Assembly (NCBI GenBank): GCA_030019075.1
Contig: JASEHD010000001.1
Location: forward strand, 1 to 55,424
Direction: 5' to 3'
Length of the DNA stretch: 55,424 nt
From: Bacteroidota bacterium
GTDB lineage: Bacteria; Bacteroidota; Ignavibacteria; UBA10030; SZUA-254
Both the position numbers and the translations under genes were made by a program. The notes below the pieces were generated by a model. That model searched no databases. It was given only the letters and a program-made list of their open reading frames with translations, and was not told where the DNA came from. This document shows positions 10,428-20,703 of this stretch, piece by piece; the first letter of the stretch is position 1, and each line of letters begins with the position of its first letter.

Positions 10428-11528
10428 ATGAATCGGATTGTTTTTTTGTTCGCGTTGTTGATTATTATTCTCGGTCTGAACTGCAATCAATATAAAGATG
10501 GCGTGATCGATCCGGGAACAAACCATAACATCGGTAAAGTCTCAATTTCAATTTCACAAGCGCCCGATGAAGTTACGAGTGTTATCGCAACATTATCTCG
10601 TCGTGGTTTTGAAGACCGTATTTTAATCTTAACGATTTCAGATAAAGGACAAAGTGCATGGGGTGAATTTACTGACGTACCTATCGGGATGTGGCACTTA
10701 AAAGTAGATGCGAGAAATGATTTAGGTATCGTTCGATATAGCGGAGAGAGAGATGTTGAGGTTTTACCTGGACAAACATCGGTGGTTGAGTTAGAGTTAC
10801 TGTCGACAAGCGGAGGTATCGAGATACACGTAACGTGGGGAGGTAAATGCACAACACCGCCTTCAGGTCTTGTTAGCTGGTGGAGTGGTGATGGAACAGC
10901 AAACGATGTTGCTGGCTCAAATCATGGAATGTTAATGAATGGAGCAACGTTTGGTCAAGGGAAAGTTCGGCGAGCATTCAGTTTTGATGGAATAGATGAT
11001 TATGTGAGAATACCACATTCACCTTCATTGAATCCGAGTGGGAGTTTTAGCGTTGAAGCCTGGATATATTTGTTAAAAGATGCATGGGGGGTTGTAATCG
11101 CAAAATGGGGTGATATTTATGATTGGAGAAATCAGCGATCTTGGGTATTGTGTGTTCGTGATAGTCTTATTATAGAATTTTCAATTGGAGATTCGACACA
11201 AAAAAATTACATATTTCATTATTTTGCAACACCACCATGGACACTAAAGACAAAAGTGTGGACTCACATCGCAGGTGTTTATGACCATAGTTCCGGAACA
11301 CATCGAATCTATGCAAATGGTATTAAGGTTGCAGAAAAAACCGAGCCACCCATAGTCGCATACGATGGCATAGCCGATGTCGCTATCGGGGCTGCGTTAA
11401 ATGCTTCGTTTTTACCTAAATATTTCTTCCCCGGTTTGATTGATGAGGTGAGTTTTTACCATAGAGCATTATCCGAGAAAGAAGTTAGGAACATTTATAA
11501 TGCTGGAGTTTCGGGGAAATGCCGATGA
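10428..11528 (+). CDS. Lipoprotein with N-terminal beta domain and LamG-like jellyroll domain
   Basis: Lipobox LGLNC; GLVSWW, FSFDGIDDYV, FSVEAWI, WTHIAGVYD, GLIDEV; GGAGG RBS before ATG 10428. Confidence 0.85.
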   Translation: MNRIVFLFALLIIILGLNCNQYKDGVIDPGTNHNIGKVSISISQAPDEVTSVIATLSRRGFEDRILILTISDKGQSAWGEFTDVPIGMWHLKVDARNDLGIVRYSGERDVEVLPGQTSVVELELLSTSGGIEIHVTWGGKCTTPPSGLVSWWSGDGTANDVAGSNHGMLMNGATFGQGKVRRAFSFDGIDDYVRIPHSPSLNPSGSFSVEAWIYLLKDAWGVVIAKWGDIYDWRNQRSWVLCVRDSLIIEFSIGDSTQKNYIFHYFATPPWTLKTKVWTHIAGVYDHSSGTHRIYANGIKVAEKTEPPIVAYDGIADVAIGAALNASFLPKYFFPGLIDEVSFYHRALSEKEVRNIYNAGVSGKCR

Positions 11529-11546
11529 TTTATCATTCACAGATAA

Positions 11547-11619
11547 GTCACCCTGAACTCGTTTCAGGGTCTAAAATCACTAAGATTCGGATCCCGCTCA
11601 GAGAGCGGGACGGAATGAC
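11547..11619. repeat. Inverted pair of GTCA-type palindromic repeats with an internal palindrome
   Basis: gtcaccctgaa-ctcg-tttcagggtct ... gattcgga[tcccgctcagagagcggga]cggaatgac. Confidence 0.6.
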
Positions 11620-11706
11620 TCGTTGTTTCAAAAAGATATTTCAGAAGTTTAAATATTTTATCATAAAAACCCAAAATAATTTATAGACTAATATATGGAG
11701 GAAGTC

Positions 11707-12802
11707 ATGCGCAGGATTTCATTTATTTTTATCTTATTGATATTCGGTTTGAGTTGCAATCAATACAAAGAGAGTGTAACCGAACCGGGAACAATCGACA
11801 ACAGTAATACAGTCTCAATTTCAATTTCACAAGCGCCCGATGAAGTTACGAGTGTTATCGCAACATTATCTCGTCGTGGTTTTGAAGACCGTATTTTAAT
11901 CTTAACGATTTCAGATAAAGGACAAAGTGCATGGGGTGAATTTACTGACGTACCTATCGGGATGTGGCACTTAAAAGTAGATGCGAGAAATGATTTAGGT
12001 ATCGTTCGATATAGCGGAGAGAGATGTTGAGGTTTTACCTGGACAAACATCAGTGGTTGAGTTAGAGTTACTCCCAACAACCGGAACTATCGAGATATAC
12101 GTAACGTGGGGAGGTAAATGTACAACACCGCCCTCAGGTCTAGTTAGCTGGTGGAGTGGTGATGGAACGGCAAACGATATAGTCGGCTCAAATCATGGAA
12201 TGTTAATAAATGGTGCAACTTATGGTTCAGGGAAAGTTCGGCGAGCATTCAGTTTCGATGGAATAGATGATTATGTGAGAATACCACACTCACCTTCATT
12301 AAATCCGAGCGGGAGCTTTACAGTTGATGCGTGGATATATCCGACGAGAGATGCACATGCGACAATAATAGGTAAATGGGGTGATCGTGGAAGCTGGAGC
12401 GGCCAACGCTCATGGAATATCGCTGTTCGTCCTAATAGGAGAATTAATTTTAGTATCTCAGATTCTATACATCAAAACGATTCAACTTTCCATTCTTTTA
12501 AAACTAAGGTAAATGCAATTGTGTGTAATCAATGGAATCACGTTGCAGGAGTTTATGACCAATTAACAGGCACTCGTAGAATTTATATAAATGGTGTAAA
12601 TGTTGCTGAACGTGATGATCAACCCATATCAATTTTTAAAAGCATCGCTGATGTGTCTATCGGTACCGAATTATTTTCACCTTACACTATGGACTATTTT
12701 TTCCCGGGACGTATCGACGAGGTAGATTTTTATCATAAAGCGCTCACTGATGAAGAAATAAAAGCGATTTATTATGCAGGTAGGTCTGGGAAGTGTAGAT
12801 GA
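11707..12802 (+). pseudogene. Frameshifted paralog of the LamG lipoprotein
   Basis: ORFs 11695-12030 and 12053-12802 align end to end with 10428-11528; (GA)4 at 12017-12024 versus (GA)5 in the paralog. Confidence 0.85.
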
Positions 12803-13100
12803 GTAATAAATATTTTGTCGTTACGGTTGTTCTTGATTGAAGATAAAGTATAACGTTGTTATATTTTATTTTTAGTATTTATTTTATTGAAGCCTTAGTG
12901 TTGTGTATCAATACTCTATTTATTAGATCACTTCATACCATTTCAAGCATTTTAGTCTTTTCTATGCTTTGTAAATATGTTATAAATATATATATTGATT
13001 TTATTTCAATATAAATTTTATTGCTGTACCATTCTCTTTTGTACCATAACCTCTAAGAAATTCGAGTAAACTTTCGTGTTATATTCAATAATCGTTTCCG

Positions 13101-14660
13101 ATGTCCACTGCGATCCGCGATAAGATTATCCGTAATACTCTTTATTCAATCATAGGACGGATATGGACAATAATAATTGGGCTCTTGCTCATTCCTTATA
13201 TCGTCAATATAGTTGGTATCGAGCGTTTTGGTGTTTGGTCTTTACTATCGGTATTGGTGGGTTATTTTGCACTTTTGGATTTTGGTGTTGGTGTTTCTTA
13301 TACCCGCTTTATTGCAGAAGCTTATGCTCAAAAAAATGATATTGAAATCAATCGTATCGTAAATTCTGGTTTTGTTTTTTATTTTTTCATAGCGGTTCCC
13401 CTTTTTCTAATTAGCTATTTTGGGCAAGGAATTATATTTTCTTTTTTACAAATTGATGTTCATTCGTTACCTGATGCCGTCTTCGCTTATTATGGTGTGA
13501 TAATATTGTTTATATCGACTGCCGCAATGAGCGGTTTTAGCACTATTCTTCAAGGGATCCAAAGAATTGATATCACAAACAAAGTTGCAATAGTAGTTAC
13601 TATACCTAATGTAATAGCTACAGTTTATTTTCTCCAAAATGGATTCAAGTTAGACGGATTATTGTGGGCAACTTCGATATCGACCATGTTTGGTTTGGTA
13701 CTTTCGATTTATTTTGCAAAAAAATGTTTACCATCTTTACAGTTCAATCCGCTACTCTTTTCATGGAAAACTATCACTAGGATTCTTCCTTTTGGTTTAA
13801 AATTACAATTTGCAAAACTTGCTGACATCATAACTTTTCAAACTGACAGAGCCTTTGTTTCTTATTTTACCGGTGTTAGTTCAGTGACATATTATCATTT
13901 GGGATCACAACTTAACTGGCGGATTCGTGATATTCCATTGTTACTGCTTACGTCGTTATTGCCTGCCACATCAGAATTACACACATTGAACGAAAAAGAT
14001 AAACTCTATAACCTATATTTCAGAGGCACAAAATATCTCGCAGTGATTGCAATTCCACTAATGTTATTTATTGGAACCACATCACACCTTATTATGATGG
14101 TTTGGATGGGCCCTGGATATTCTTTATCTGGTTATATTTCACAGATATTAGTTGTCGGATATTTAATTAATGTTTTTGTTGGCGTTGGAGTTATTGTTGC
14201 TGCGGGTATGAATAAACCGGAGTATCAATTGCATTCAGCAATATTGACGAGCGTTGTAAATATTGTACTTGTAATATTTTGTGGGAAATTATGGGGTATA
14301 ATTGGTATTGCTTTTGCGATTTCGATCTCACTTATGGTTGGACCTGTTTATTTTGTTGTGACTTTTCACCGCCATATTCAAAATCCAGCAGGTCAATTTT
14401 TAAAAAATGCGGTTATAAAACCATTAAAAGCTGTATTGGGTGGAACAATCTTTTTTCTAGTTGTCAATATATATTATTTTAACTCTGTTGATAATCGGTT
14501 TACGGGGGGCGTGATTCTATTCCTTGAGCTAGTTATTTTTTTTTCTATTTATATTTTTCTTCTTATTAAATTATCTCATTTTGATGATGTTGACAAAGAA
14601 CTCTTTATGAATAATTATTTATGGTCTAAGTTTAAAAATAAATGGTTTCATATCAAGTAA
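13101..14660 (+). CDS. wzx: Wzx-type polysaccharide flippase (MOP family)
   Basis: Many TM helices, GIERFGVW, LLDFGVG motifs. Confidence 0.85.
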   Translation: MSTAIRDKIIRNTLYSIIGRIWTIIIGLLLIPYIVNIVGIERFGVWSLLSVLVGYFALLDFGVGVSYTRFIAEAYAQKNDIEINRIVNSGFVFYFFIAVPLFLISYFGQGIIFSFLQIDVHSLPDAVFAYYGVIILFISTAAMSGFSTILQGIQRIDITNKVAIVVTIPNVIATVYFLQNGFKLDGLLWATSISTMFGLVLSIYFAKKCLPSLQFNPLLFSWKTITRILPFGLKLQFAKLADIITFQTDRAFVSYFTGVSSVTYYHLGSQLNWRIRDIPLLLLTSLLPATSELHTLNEKDKLYNLYFRGTKYLAVIAIPLMLFIGTTSHLIMMVWMGPGYSLSGYISQILVVGYLINVFVGVGVIVAAGMNKPEYQLHSAILTSVVNIVLVIFCGKLWGIIGIAFAISISLMVGPVYFVVTFHRHIQNPAGQFLKNAVIKPLKAVLGGTIFFLVVNIYYFNSVDNRFTGGVILFLELVIFFSIYIFLLIKLSHFDDVDKELFMNNYLWSKFKNKWFHIK

Positions 14661-14713
14661 ATACATCGTTTAAACTCTATAAATAACGTTGTGAGGATTA
14701 GTTTAAAATTAAA

Positions 14714-15452
14714 ATGTTAAATCAATTATTGAGATATTATCCGGTTGTAAAACTTATTAACAAATCATCACCTCGGAATATTTTAGAATTGGGAAGCGGT
14801 TCTCAGGGTATTGGAAAATATATTAACCAAAATTTTTTTGGTGTTGATATAAATTTTAAGGATTATTTTGATGTACAACAATCAATTATACCGAACCTTC
14901 AGGCTGTACAAGCTCAAGGGCATTATTTGCCATTTCGTGACAATGTTTTTGATTTAGTAATTTGTGTTGATATGCTGGAACATGTGCCTAAATTCTCACG
15001 AGAGCAATTAATTATTGAGTTAGTTCGAGTAGCGAGGGGGCAAGTATTTCTTTCTTTTCCCTGCGGTACGAATGCTCTTAAAATGGACCAAAAACTTTTT
15101 GCACTTTATAAAAAAAAGGAAAGAAAGTGCCGGGCTGGTTAGAGGAACACATAAACATTGAATTTCCAGATTATGAACATATCGGTAGTATACTACATAG
15201 ATATAATTTTCGATTTCGAACTAATAAAAATGAAAATATATTGTTTCATTACTTTGTCATGAAACTAGAAATGAGAGAGATTGGGAAAATCTTAACAATT
15301 ATATCTAAAGGGATTGCTTATTGTTTTTCGTATAACGCGAGTGGTAAGTTTTTAAATTATTGCGGAAGTTCATTACGACCTCTGTTATTTTTATTCTCCA
15401 AAGTTTTACTTTTAAAAGCTCATACCGAATAATATTTACAATTGAGAAGTAA
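14714..15452 (+). pseudogene. Class I SAM methyltransferase with frameshift(s)
   Basis: LELGSGSQG, DMLEHV; continues in the -1 frame at A8 tract 15110-15117 (VPGWLEEH); a third frame ends in TAA at 15450-15452 adjacent to the next ATG. Confidence 0.7.
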
Positions 15453-16376
15453 ATGATCATGATAGACAAACAACAAGAAAATAAATTTTTAGTATCAATA
15501 ATTATCCCAACCTATAATAGGAGAGATATTTTATTTAAATGTTTAGAAGTATTGAGTAAACAAGTATTTTATGGTTCTTTCGAAGTGTTGGTAATTGATG
15601 ATGGAAGTACTGATCAAACAGCCGAGCTATTAAATCAACGGCTGTTAGATTATCCATATTCGTTGAGATCTTATGAACAAAAAAAAAAGGGACCTGCTGC
15701 TGCTCGAAATATTGGAATCTCAGTAGCAAAAGGGGAAATTATTATATTCCTTGGGGATGATACCTTGGTTTCCGAGAGATTCATTCAGGAACACTATCTA
15801 TGGCAAATCGAGAAATATCCTTCGATACAAACTGCAATTCTTGGTAGGATCGAGTGGGATTCATCGTTGGAAATTACTCCATTGATGGAGTTTCTAAATC
15901 GAGGACCGCAGTTTAATTTTCCATCAATTGAACAAAAAATAATAGTTGATTTTAATTATTTTGTGTCATCGAACATATCATTAAAAAGAGAATTTATAAA
16001 AGATATGTTCTTTGATGAAAGCTTCTCTGGCGCAGCATGGGAGGATGTGGAATATGCTTTCCGTCTTTCAAGGCACGGAATGAAAATATATTACAATAAA
16101 AATGCAGTTTGTTTTCACCATCATCCAACTGATATGGAGTCGCTTATAAAAAGAAGCTACTTTGTTGGGAAAAATTTAAAGCTCCTGCATACAAAGTGGC
16201 CAGAGTTTTTACAATATAGAAAAGCACCATCCTTTGGTATTATCCAGAAAATGAAGAAGTGGATATTGCGTATTATATCTCCTTTTGGGAAATATAGTTT
16301 TATTAGACCATTACTCTTCCAATATTATGCCGTTCTTCACCGAGAGAATATGCATCGTGGTTATTATAACTTATGA
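15453..16376 (+). CDS. GT2 glycosyltransferase
   Basis: SIIIPTYNR, IDDGSTD, GPAAARNIG, WEDVE. Confidence 0.92.
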   Translation: MIMIDKQQENKFLVSIIIPTYNRRDILFKCLEVLSKQVFYGSFEVLVIDDGSTDQTAELLNQRLLDYPYSLRSYEQKKKGPAAARNIGISVAKGEIIIFLGDDTLVSERFIQEHYLWQIEKYPSIQTAILGRIEWDSSLEITPLMEFLNRGPQFNFPSIEQKIIVDFNYFVSSNISLKREFIKDMFFDESFSGAAWEDVEYAFRLSRHGMKIYYNKNAVCFHHHPTDMESLIKRSYFVGKNLKLLHTKWPEFLQYRKAPSFGIIQKMKKWILRIISPFGKYSFIRPLLFQYYAVLHRENMHRGYYNL

Positions 16377-16611
16377 TGATTGATAAATGACAAATTATGT
16401 TTTTATTAAACATTTGGTTCTCAGCTATCAAGTTTCGCATGGTACATCGTTACGATAGAGCAGAAATGTTTAAAATATGGGATCGTGCCACGAGGACAAA
16501 TGTTGTTTAATGAACTCTATCCTCCTGATCAAATTATCGACTTAGTTTGGCAGTTGGAAGTATTTTTTGTATTATAAAATCATTTAACTGAGGTTCTCAA
16601 CATAGGGATGT

Positions 16612-17505
16612 ATGCAATCAGAATATAATTTTATTTTTAGATCATTTAGATATTTCCAAAAATTACTCCGTGGAAGTGGTCTTGGGAAGTATAAGATTTT
16701 TCGAGTTGTCAGGGATTTCATATACAGATCAACTCGCCCTGCAAAACCGTTAGTCATTGAGATATATGGGGTTAAAATGCTAATTGATCCAAATACTAAT
16801 GCAGTCGTCCCGGAACTTTTAAGGGATGGTGTATTTGAACAAGCTGAAACTGAGCTTATTAGAACTATACTGAAACCGGGAGATACTTTTATTGATATTG
16901 GTGGTAATATCGGGTATTATACCCTCATAGCAGCAAATATTGTGAAAGATTCCGGAAAAGTTATTGCGTTCGAACCTGAACCTAAGAACTTTGCGATACT
17001 GAATAATAATGTCGAGTTGAACAATTTTTATAACGTAACATTAATTCCAAAAGCCCTCTCAGACAAACGTGGGCATTTCAAACTTTTCTTGAATAGACTA
17101 AACACCGGTGCACATCATCTCTACGATACTGGTGATGGGTCGGAATTTCTTAATGTCGAGGTAACAACACTTGATGAATATCTATATGCCAATCCTTCAA
17201 AGGTTGACGTAATTAAAATGGATATCGAGGGTTACGAACCATTCGCTTTTAGGGGGATGAAAAATACAATTAAGATGAATCCAAATATAAAAATTCTCTC
17301 TGAGTTTTCACCCGAAATGATAATGAAAGCAGGAGATACTCCACTTGACTACATAAAAGATTTACGTTCTTTAGGGTTTATTATTAATATAATTGATGAG
17401 CACGAACACTTGATTAGCAATATATCAGATGGTTATCTTTTTGATTATTGTAAAATAAATTATCCTGTTAATCTGTTTTGTGTCAGACAAAATAAAACAG
17501 CCTGA
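16612..17505 (+). CDS. FkbM-family methyltransferase
   Basis: FIDIGGNIGYY, AFEP, IKMDIEGYE. Confidence 0.92.
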   Translation: MQSEYNFIFRSFRYFQKLLRGSGLGKYKIFRVVRDFIYRSTRPAKPLVIEIYGVKMLIDPNTNAVVPELLRDGVFEQAETELIRTILKPGDTFIDIGGNIGYYTLIAANIVKDSGKVIAFEPEPKNFAILNNNVELNNFYNVTLIPKALSDKRGHFKLFLNRLNTGAHHLYDTGDGSEFLNVEVTTLDEYLYANPSKVDVIKMDIEGYEPFAFRGMKNTIKMNPNIKILSEFSPEMIMKAGDTPLDYIKDLRSLGFIINIIDEHEHLISNISDGYLFDYCKINYPVNLFCVRQNKTA

Positions 17506-17535
17506 CACAAGAGTCTGGCAATTTGAAATTTAGAT

Positions 17536-18399
17536 ATGATAAAATTATCTATTATCATCGTTAATTATAAAACTCGTGAATATCTAAGAGAACTCCTTAA
17601 TTCCATTAAAGAGCATTTGTCGGCTGAAACCAAATACGAAGTATTTGTTGTGGATAATGCTTCAAACGATGGAAGTGTGGAGATGTTAAACAAGGGATCC
17701 TTAGATGTTACTCTTATCGAATCAAAAGAAAACCTTGGTTTTAGTAAAGCAAATAACTTAGCGATTGCACAATCAAGAGGAGAAATAATCTTATTACTGA
17801 ATCCAGATACGATGCTTCTTCCTGACCATAAATTCGATGAAATATTAAAACGGTTTGAGAATGATGTACGAATTGGAATAATTGGAGGCAGGGTGTATGA
17901 TCGCAACCTTATACAAGTATCGTCTTATGGGCGTGATCCCACACCTTTTACATTAGTTTTTCATTTCTCTTTTTTAGGTAAAGTACTTGCGAGATTAATT
18001 CCACCATTGCGAAAATACCGTTTTGCAAACTATTACAAAAAAGCATTTCAAATTGAAAAAGAAGTTGAAATAATTAATGGTTGTTGCTTTTTTATACGTC
18101 GAAAGACGATTGATGATATTGGAATGTTAGATGAAAGATTTTTTATATTCTTAGAAGAAGGAGATATATGTGTACGAGCACGAAGTTCAGGTTGGAAAGT
18201 AATTTACACCCCACTCAAAACAGTAATACATTTTGGTCAAGAGAGCACAAAACAAAATCGTATACAAATGTCCGAGCAATTTTTAAAGAGTTTAAAAATA
18301 TTCTATGAGAAGCATTATCCTTTTGATATGAAAAAACTTGAATGGATATTACGAATGGGAATTATTAAACCGAGAATAAAAAAAGGAATCAAACGATAA
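17536..18399 (+). CDS. GT2 glycosyltransferase (rhamnosyltransferase-like)
   Basis: IIIVNY, VDNASNDGS, NLGFSKANN, LLNPD. Confidence 0.9.
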   Translation: MIKLSIIIVNYKTREYLRELLNSIKEHLSAETKYEVFVVDNASNDGSVEMLNKGSLDVTLIESKENLGFSKANNLAIAQSRGEIILLLNPDTMLLPDHKFDEILKRFENDVRIGIIGGRVYDRNLIQVSSYGRDPTPFTLVFHFSFLGKVLARLIPPLRKYRFANYYKKAFQIEKEVEIINGCCFFIRRKTIDDIGMLDERFFIFLEEGDICVRARSSGWKVIYTPLKTVIHFGQESTKQNRIQMSEQFLKSLKIFYEKHYPFDMKKLEWILRMGIIKPRIKKGIKR

Positions 18400-18401
18400 A
18401 A

Positions 18402-19496
18402 ATGAAACTGTTATTGGGAATAATAAAAAAGTTTTTTCGTTCCTATAAGACACCAATCTCAACAATGGATATAAGGAGTATATTAATTGTTGATCTCAAT
18501 CATATTGGTGACATGTTAATGTCTTCACCAGTATATCGGGCATTGAGTGAGAATATCCCAACCGTAAGAATACATGCATTGATTTATCCATCAGCGAAAA
18601 TGGCACTAGATGATAATCCATATATTGAATCTATTCATGAGTTACACGAGGGGGTATTGTTAATGCAGATTCGAACACTCTTTAAACTTAGAAAGCAAAA
18701 TTATGACTTAGTATTTCAACTGAATACGTCACTTCGAACGAATTTTTTAATGTGGATAATAGGGAAACGTTTTCGATTAGGATATGATTATGCGAACCGT
18801 GGCTGTTTCAATAATATACATGTTCCTATCGCTTGCCGTACAACTCAATCCCAATATCGAGTAGATGAGTGTATAGAGCTTTTAGAAAAAGCATTCGGAT
18901 GGCGTATAACTAATCGTTCGATGATTTTTAATATTCGTGATGAACACATAGAAAAAGTGAATATGCTATTAAAAAGCTATGAAGTATCTAGTGACGATCT
19001 TCTAATTGGTATTCAAACAAATTGTCACCCAGTATGGAAGGAACGGCGATGGGATCGGGATAAATTCGCAAGCTTATCGGATAGTCTCATAGAAAGATAT
19101 AGAGCAAAAATTATATTCACCGGATCAACAGCTGATCGGGAATACGTTCAACCTATAATTGATTCAATTAGGAATAGACAGAGTGCCGTAAATTTAGTTG
19201 GAGAAACGACTTTAACAGAATTAGGAGCTTTACTGCGACGAATAAATGTTTTTATTACAATCAATACTGGACCGATGCAAATAGCAATTTCTCAGAATAC
19301 TCCTACGATTGCTCTGATGGGAGTTACGCCACACCAAATTACTTTCCCCATGAATAATCCAATTTTTCAGCATATTTCAGGTAGTGAGTTTATTAAGGAT
19401 GAATTAGGCAGGTTTCATGCCCAAACTGAGGGTAGTATGAATAAAATTGAGGTTGTTCAGGTAATTGAAAAAGTTCGATTTTTATTAGAAAAATAA
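18402..19496 (+). CDS. GT9 (heptosyltransferase-like) glycosyltransferase
   Basis: HIGDMLMSSP, NLVGETTLTEL, NTGPMQIA. Confidence 0.88.
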   Translation: MKLLLGIIKKFFRSYKTPISTMDIRSILIVDLNHIGDMLMSSPVYRALSENIPTVRIHALIYPSAKMALDDNPYIESIHELHEGVLLMQIRTLFKLRKQNYDLVFQLNTSLRTNFLMWIIGKRFRLGYDYANRGCFNNIHVPIACRTTQSQYRVDECIELLEKAFGWRITNRSMIFNIRDEHIEKVNMLLKSYEVSSDDLLIGIQTNCHPVWKERRWDRDKFASLSDSLIERYRAKIIFTGSTADREYVQPIIDSIRNRQSAVNLVGETTLTELGALLRRINVFITINTGPMQIAISQNTPTIALMGVTPHQITFPMNNPIFQHISGSEFIKDELGRFHAQTEGSMNKIEVVQVIEKVRFLLEK

Positions 19497-19515
19497 GAAA
19501 AACGTGATTACTCTA

Positions 19516-19544
19516 TTGACTTTCCATAATCATCTCATTATATT
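19516..19544 (+). promoter_or_regulatory. sigma70-type promoter
   Basis: TTGACT-N17-TATATT upstream of the lipoprotein gene. Confidence 0.6.
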
Positions 19545-19596
19545 ATACAAGAAAATAGTTAACCGAATAATAATTTTTAAGAACTTGGAGGTTCAG

Positions 19597-20577
19597 ATGA
19601 AAAAATATTATTTTTCAATAATCGTATTCATTTTTTTAATTAGTCTCAGTTGTTCTCGGTATGAGGACAATATCATAGATCCTAATATCCCGACTCAGGT
19701 AGGGAAGATTTCTTTATCAATTTCAGAAGCCCCGCATGATATTGTAAGTGTAGTTGCTAAACTCACGAGAAATAAATATGAAGATCGCATAGCGATTCTC
19801 ACAATCGCGGATACTGGTCAAAGTGCATCCGGAACATTTAACGATGTACCAATCGGAATTTGGCGGCTGAGTGTTGAAGCAATGAATGCTTTCGGTAAGA
19901 TTCGATATCGTGGAGGAACAAGTATTGAAATTCTACCTGGACAAACTTCGATGGTTGAACTCCATTTGTTACCCACTCATGGAAATATAGAAATTCGTGT
20001 ATCTTGGGGAGAAAGTAAAATTCTTGTACCCGATCATTCAAAGTGGGAATGGACACAAGATTCCCGCGGTGGAGGTTCGCAGAGTAAGTTAGTTAATAAT
20101 AATGGAATAATTGAAATTCATCCTGTTGACCACGTTCATTTTTTTAACCGATCTATTAATCAAGGTAAAGCAATTTATAAATTTAAATTTAAAGGTGTCA
20201 ATTTTAAATTCGCTTGGAGAATAACTCCTAATTTAAACGGTGGTACAGCATTAATTTTAGAAAAAGTTCCTGGAGGTGAATATGTTGGATTAATTCATGT
20301 GAATTGGTCGGGATTTTATTACGGATGGCATAACAATTATAGTGCATTTGGTAATCCCTCGAATGTCACTTTCGATAGTTCTTCTTGGCATGAAGTAGAA
20401 ATACGAGAAACTGGAAATGATCTTGAAATATATTTTGACCGTCAAAAATTGAACATGTTCGAAAATCAAATTCCTGCGAGCCAATTTTTAGCCGATGTCG
20501 GAAATGGATATATTGGCATCGGGAACGATGATTATTCAATCGTCTCTTATAAAGATTTTCAAATAATCCCATACTAA
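19597..20577 (+). CDS. Lipoprotein, third paralog: shared N-terminal domain with a different (probably ConA-like) C-terminal beta domain
   Basis: Lipobox ISLSC; N-domain EDRIAILTI..GQSASG.F.DVPIGIW..LPGQTS..EL..VSWG shared with 10428; C-terminal WHEVEI..GYIGI. Confidence 0.8.
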   Translation: MKKYYFSIIVFIFLISLSCSRYEDNIIDPNIPTQVGKISLSISEAPHDIVSVVAKLTRNKYEDRIAILTIADTGQSASGTFNDVPIGIWRLSVEAMNAFGKIRYRGGTSIEILPGQTSMVELHLLPTHGNIEIRVSWGESKILVPDHSKWEWTQDSRGGGSQSKLVNNNGIIEIHPVDHVHFFNRSINQGKAIYKFKFKGVNFKFAWRITPNLNGGTALILEKVPGGEYVGLIHVNWSGFYYGWHNNYSAFGNPSNVTFDSSSWHEVEIRETGNDLEIYFDRQKLNMFENQIPASQFLADVGNGYIGIGNDDYSIVSYKDFQIIPY

Positions 20578-20646
20578 CTTTTAATACTCTGCTATCTCTC
20601 TGCGAACTCTGGACACCTCTCTCACCTCTGTCATACAGGGTCGCAG

Positions 20647-20677
20647 GGAGGGCGGAGTTTATTCCCTCCATTTTTTT
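20647..20677 (+). terminator. Intrinsic terminator
   Basis: ggaggg...ccctcc stem followed by T7. Confidence 0.55.
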
Positions 20678-20703
20678 AATTCTTTCTAATTTTTCTGTAT
20701 ATT

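Noticed and set aside
10428-12802. DGR template/variable repeat pair
   Set aside because: Differences between the paralogs are not adenine-specific (many are synonymous third positions) and no reverse transcriptase is in the window
16373-16600. Possible gene remnant between the GT2 and FkbM genes
   Set aside because: Multiple stops and no motif I can assign with confidence
20587-20632. CTCTG-rich short repeats (also ~30922-30950)
   Set aside because: Degenerate low-complexity remnants with no associated gene; too weak to call
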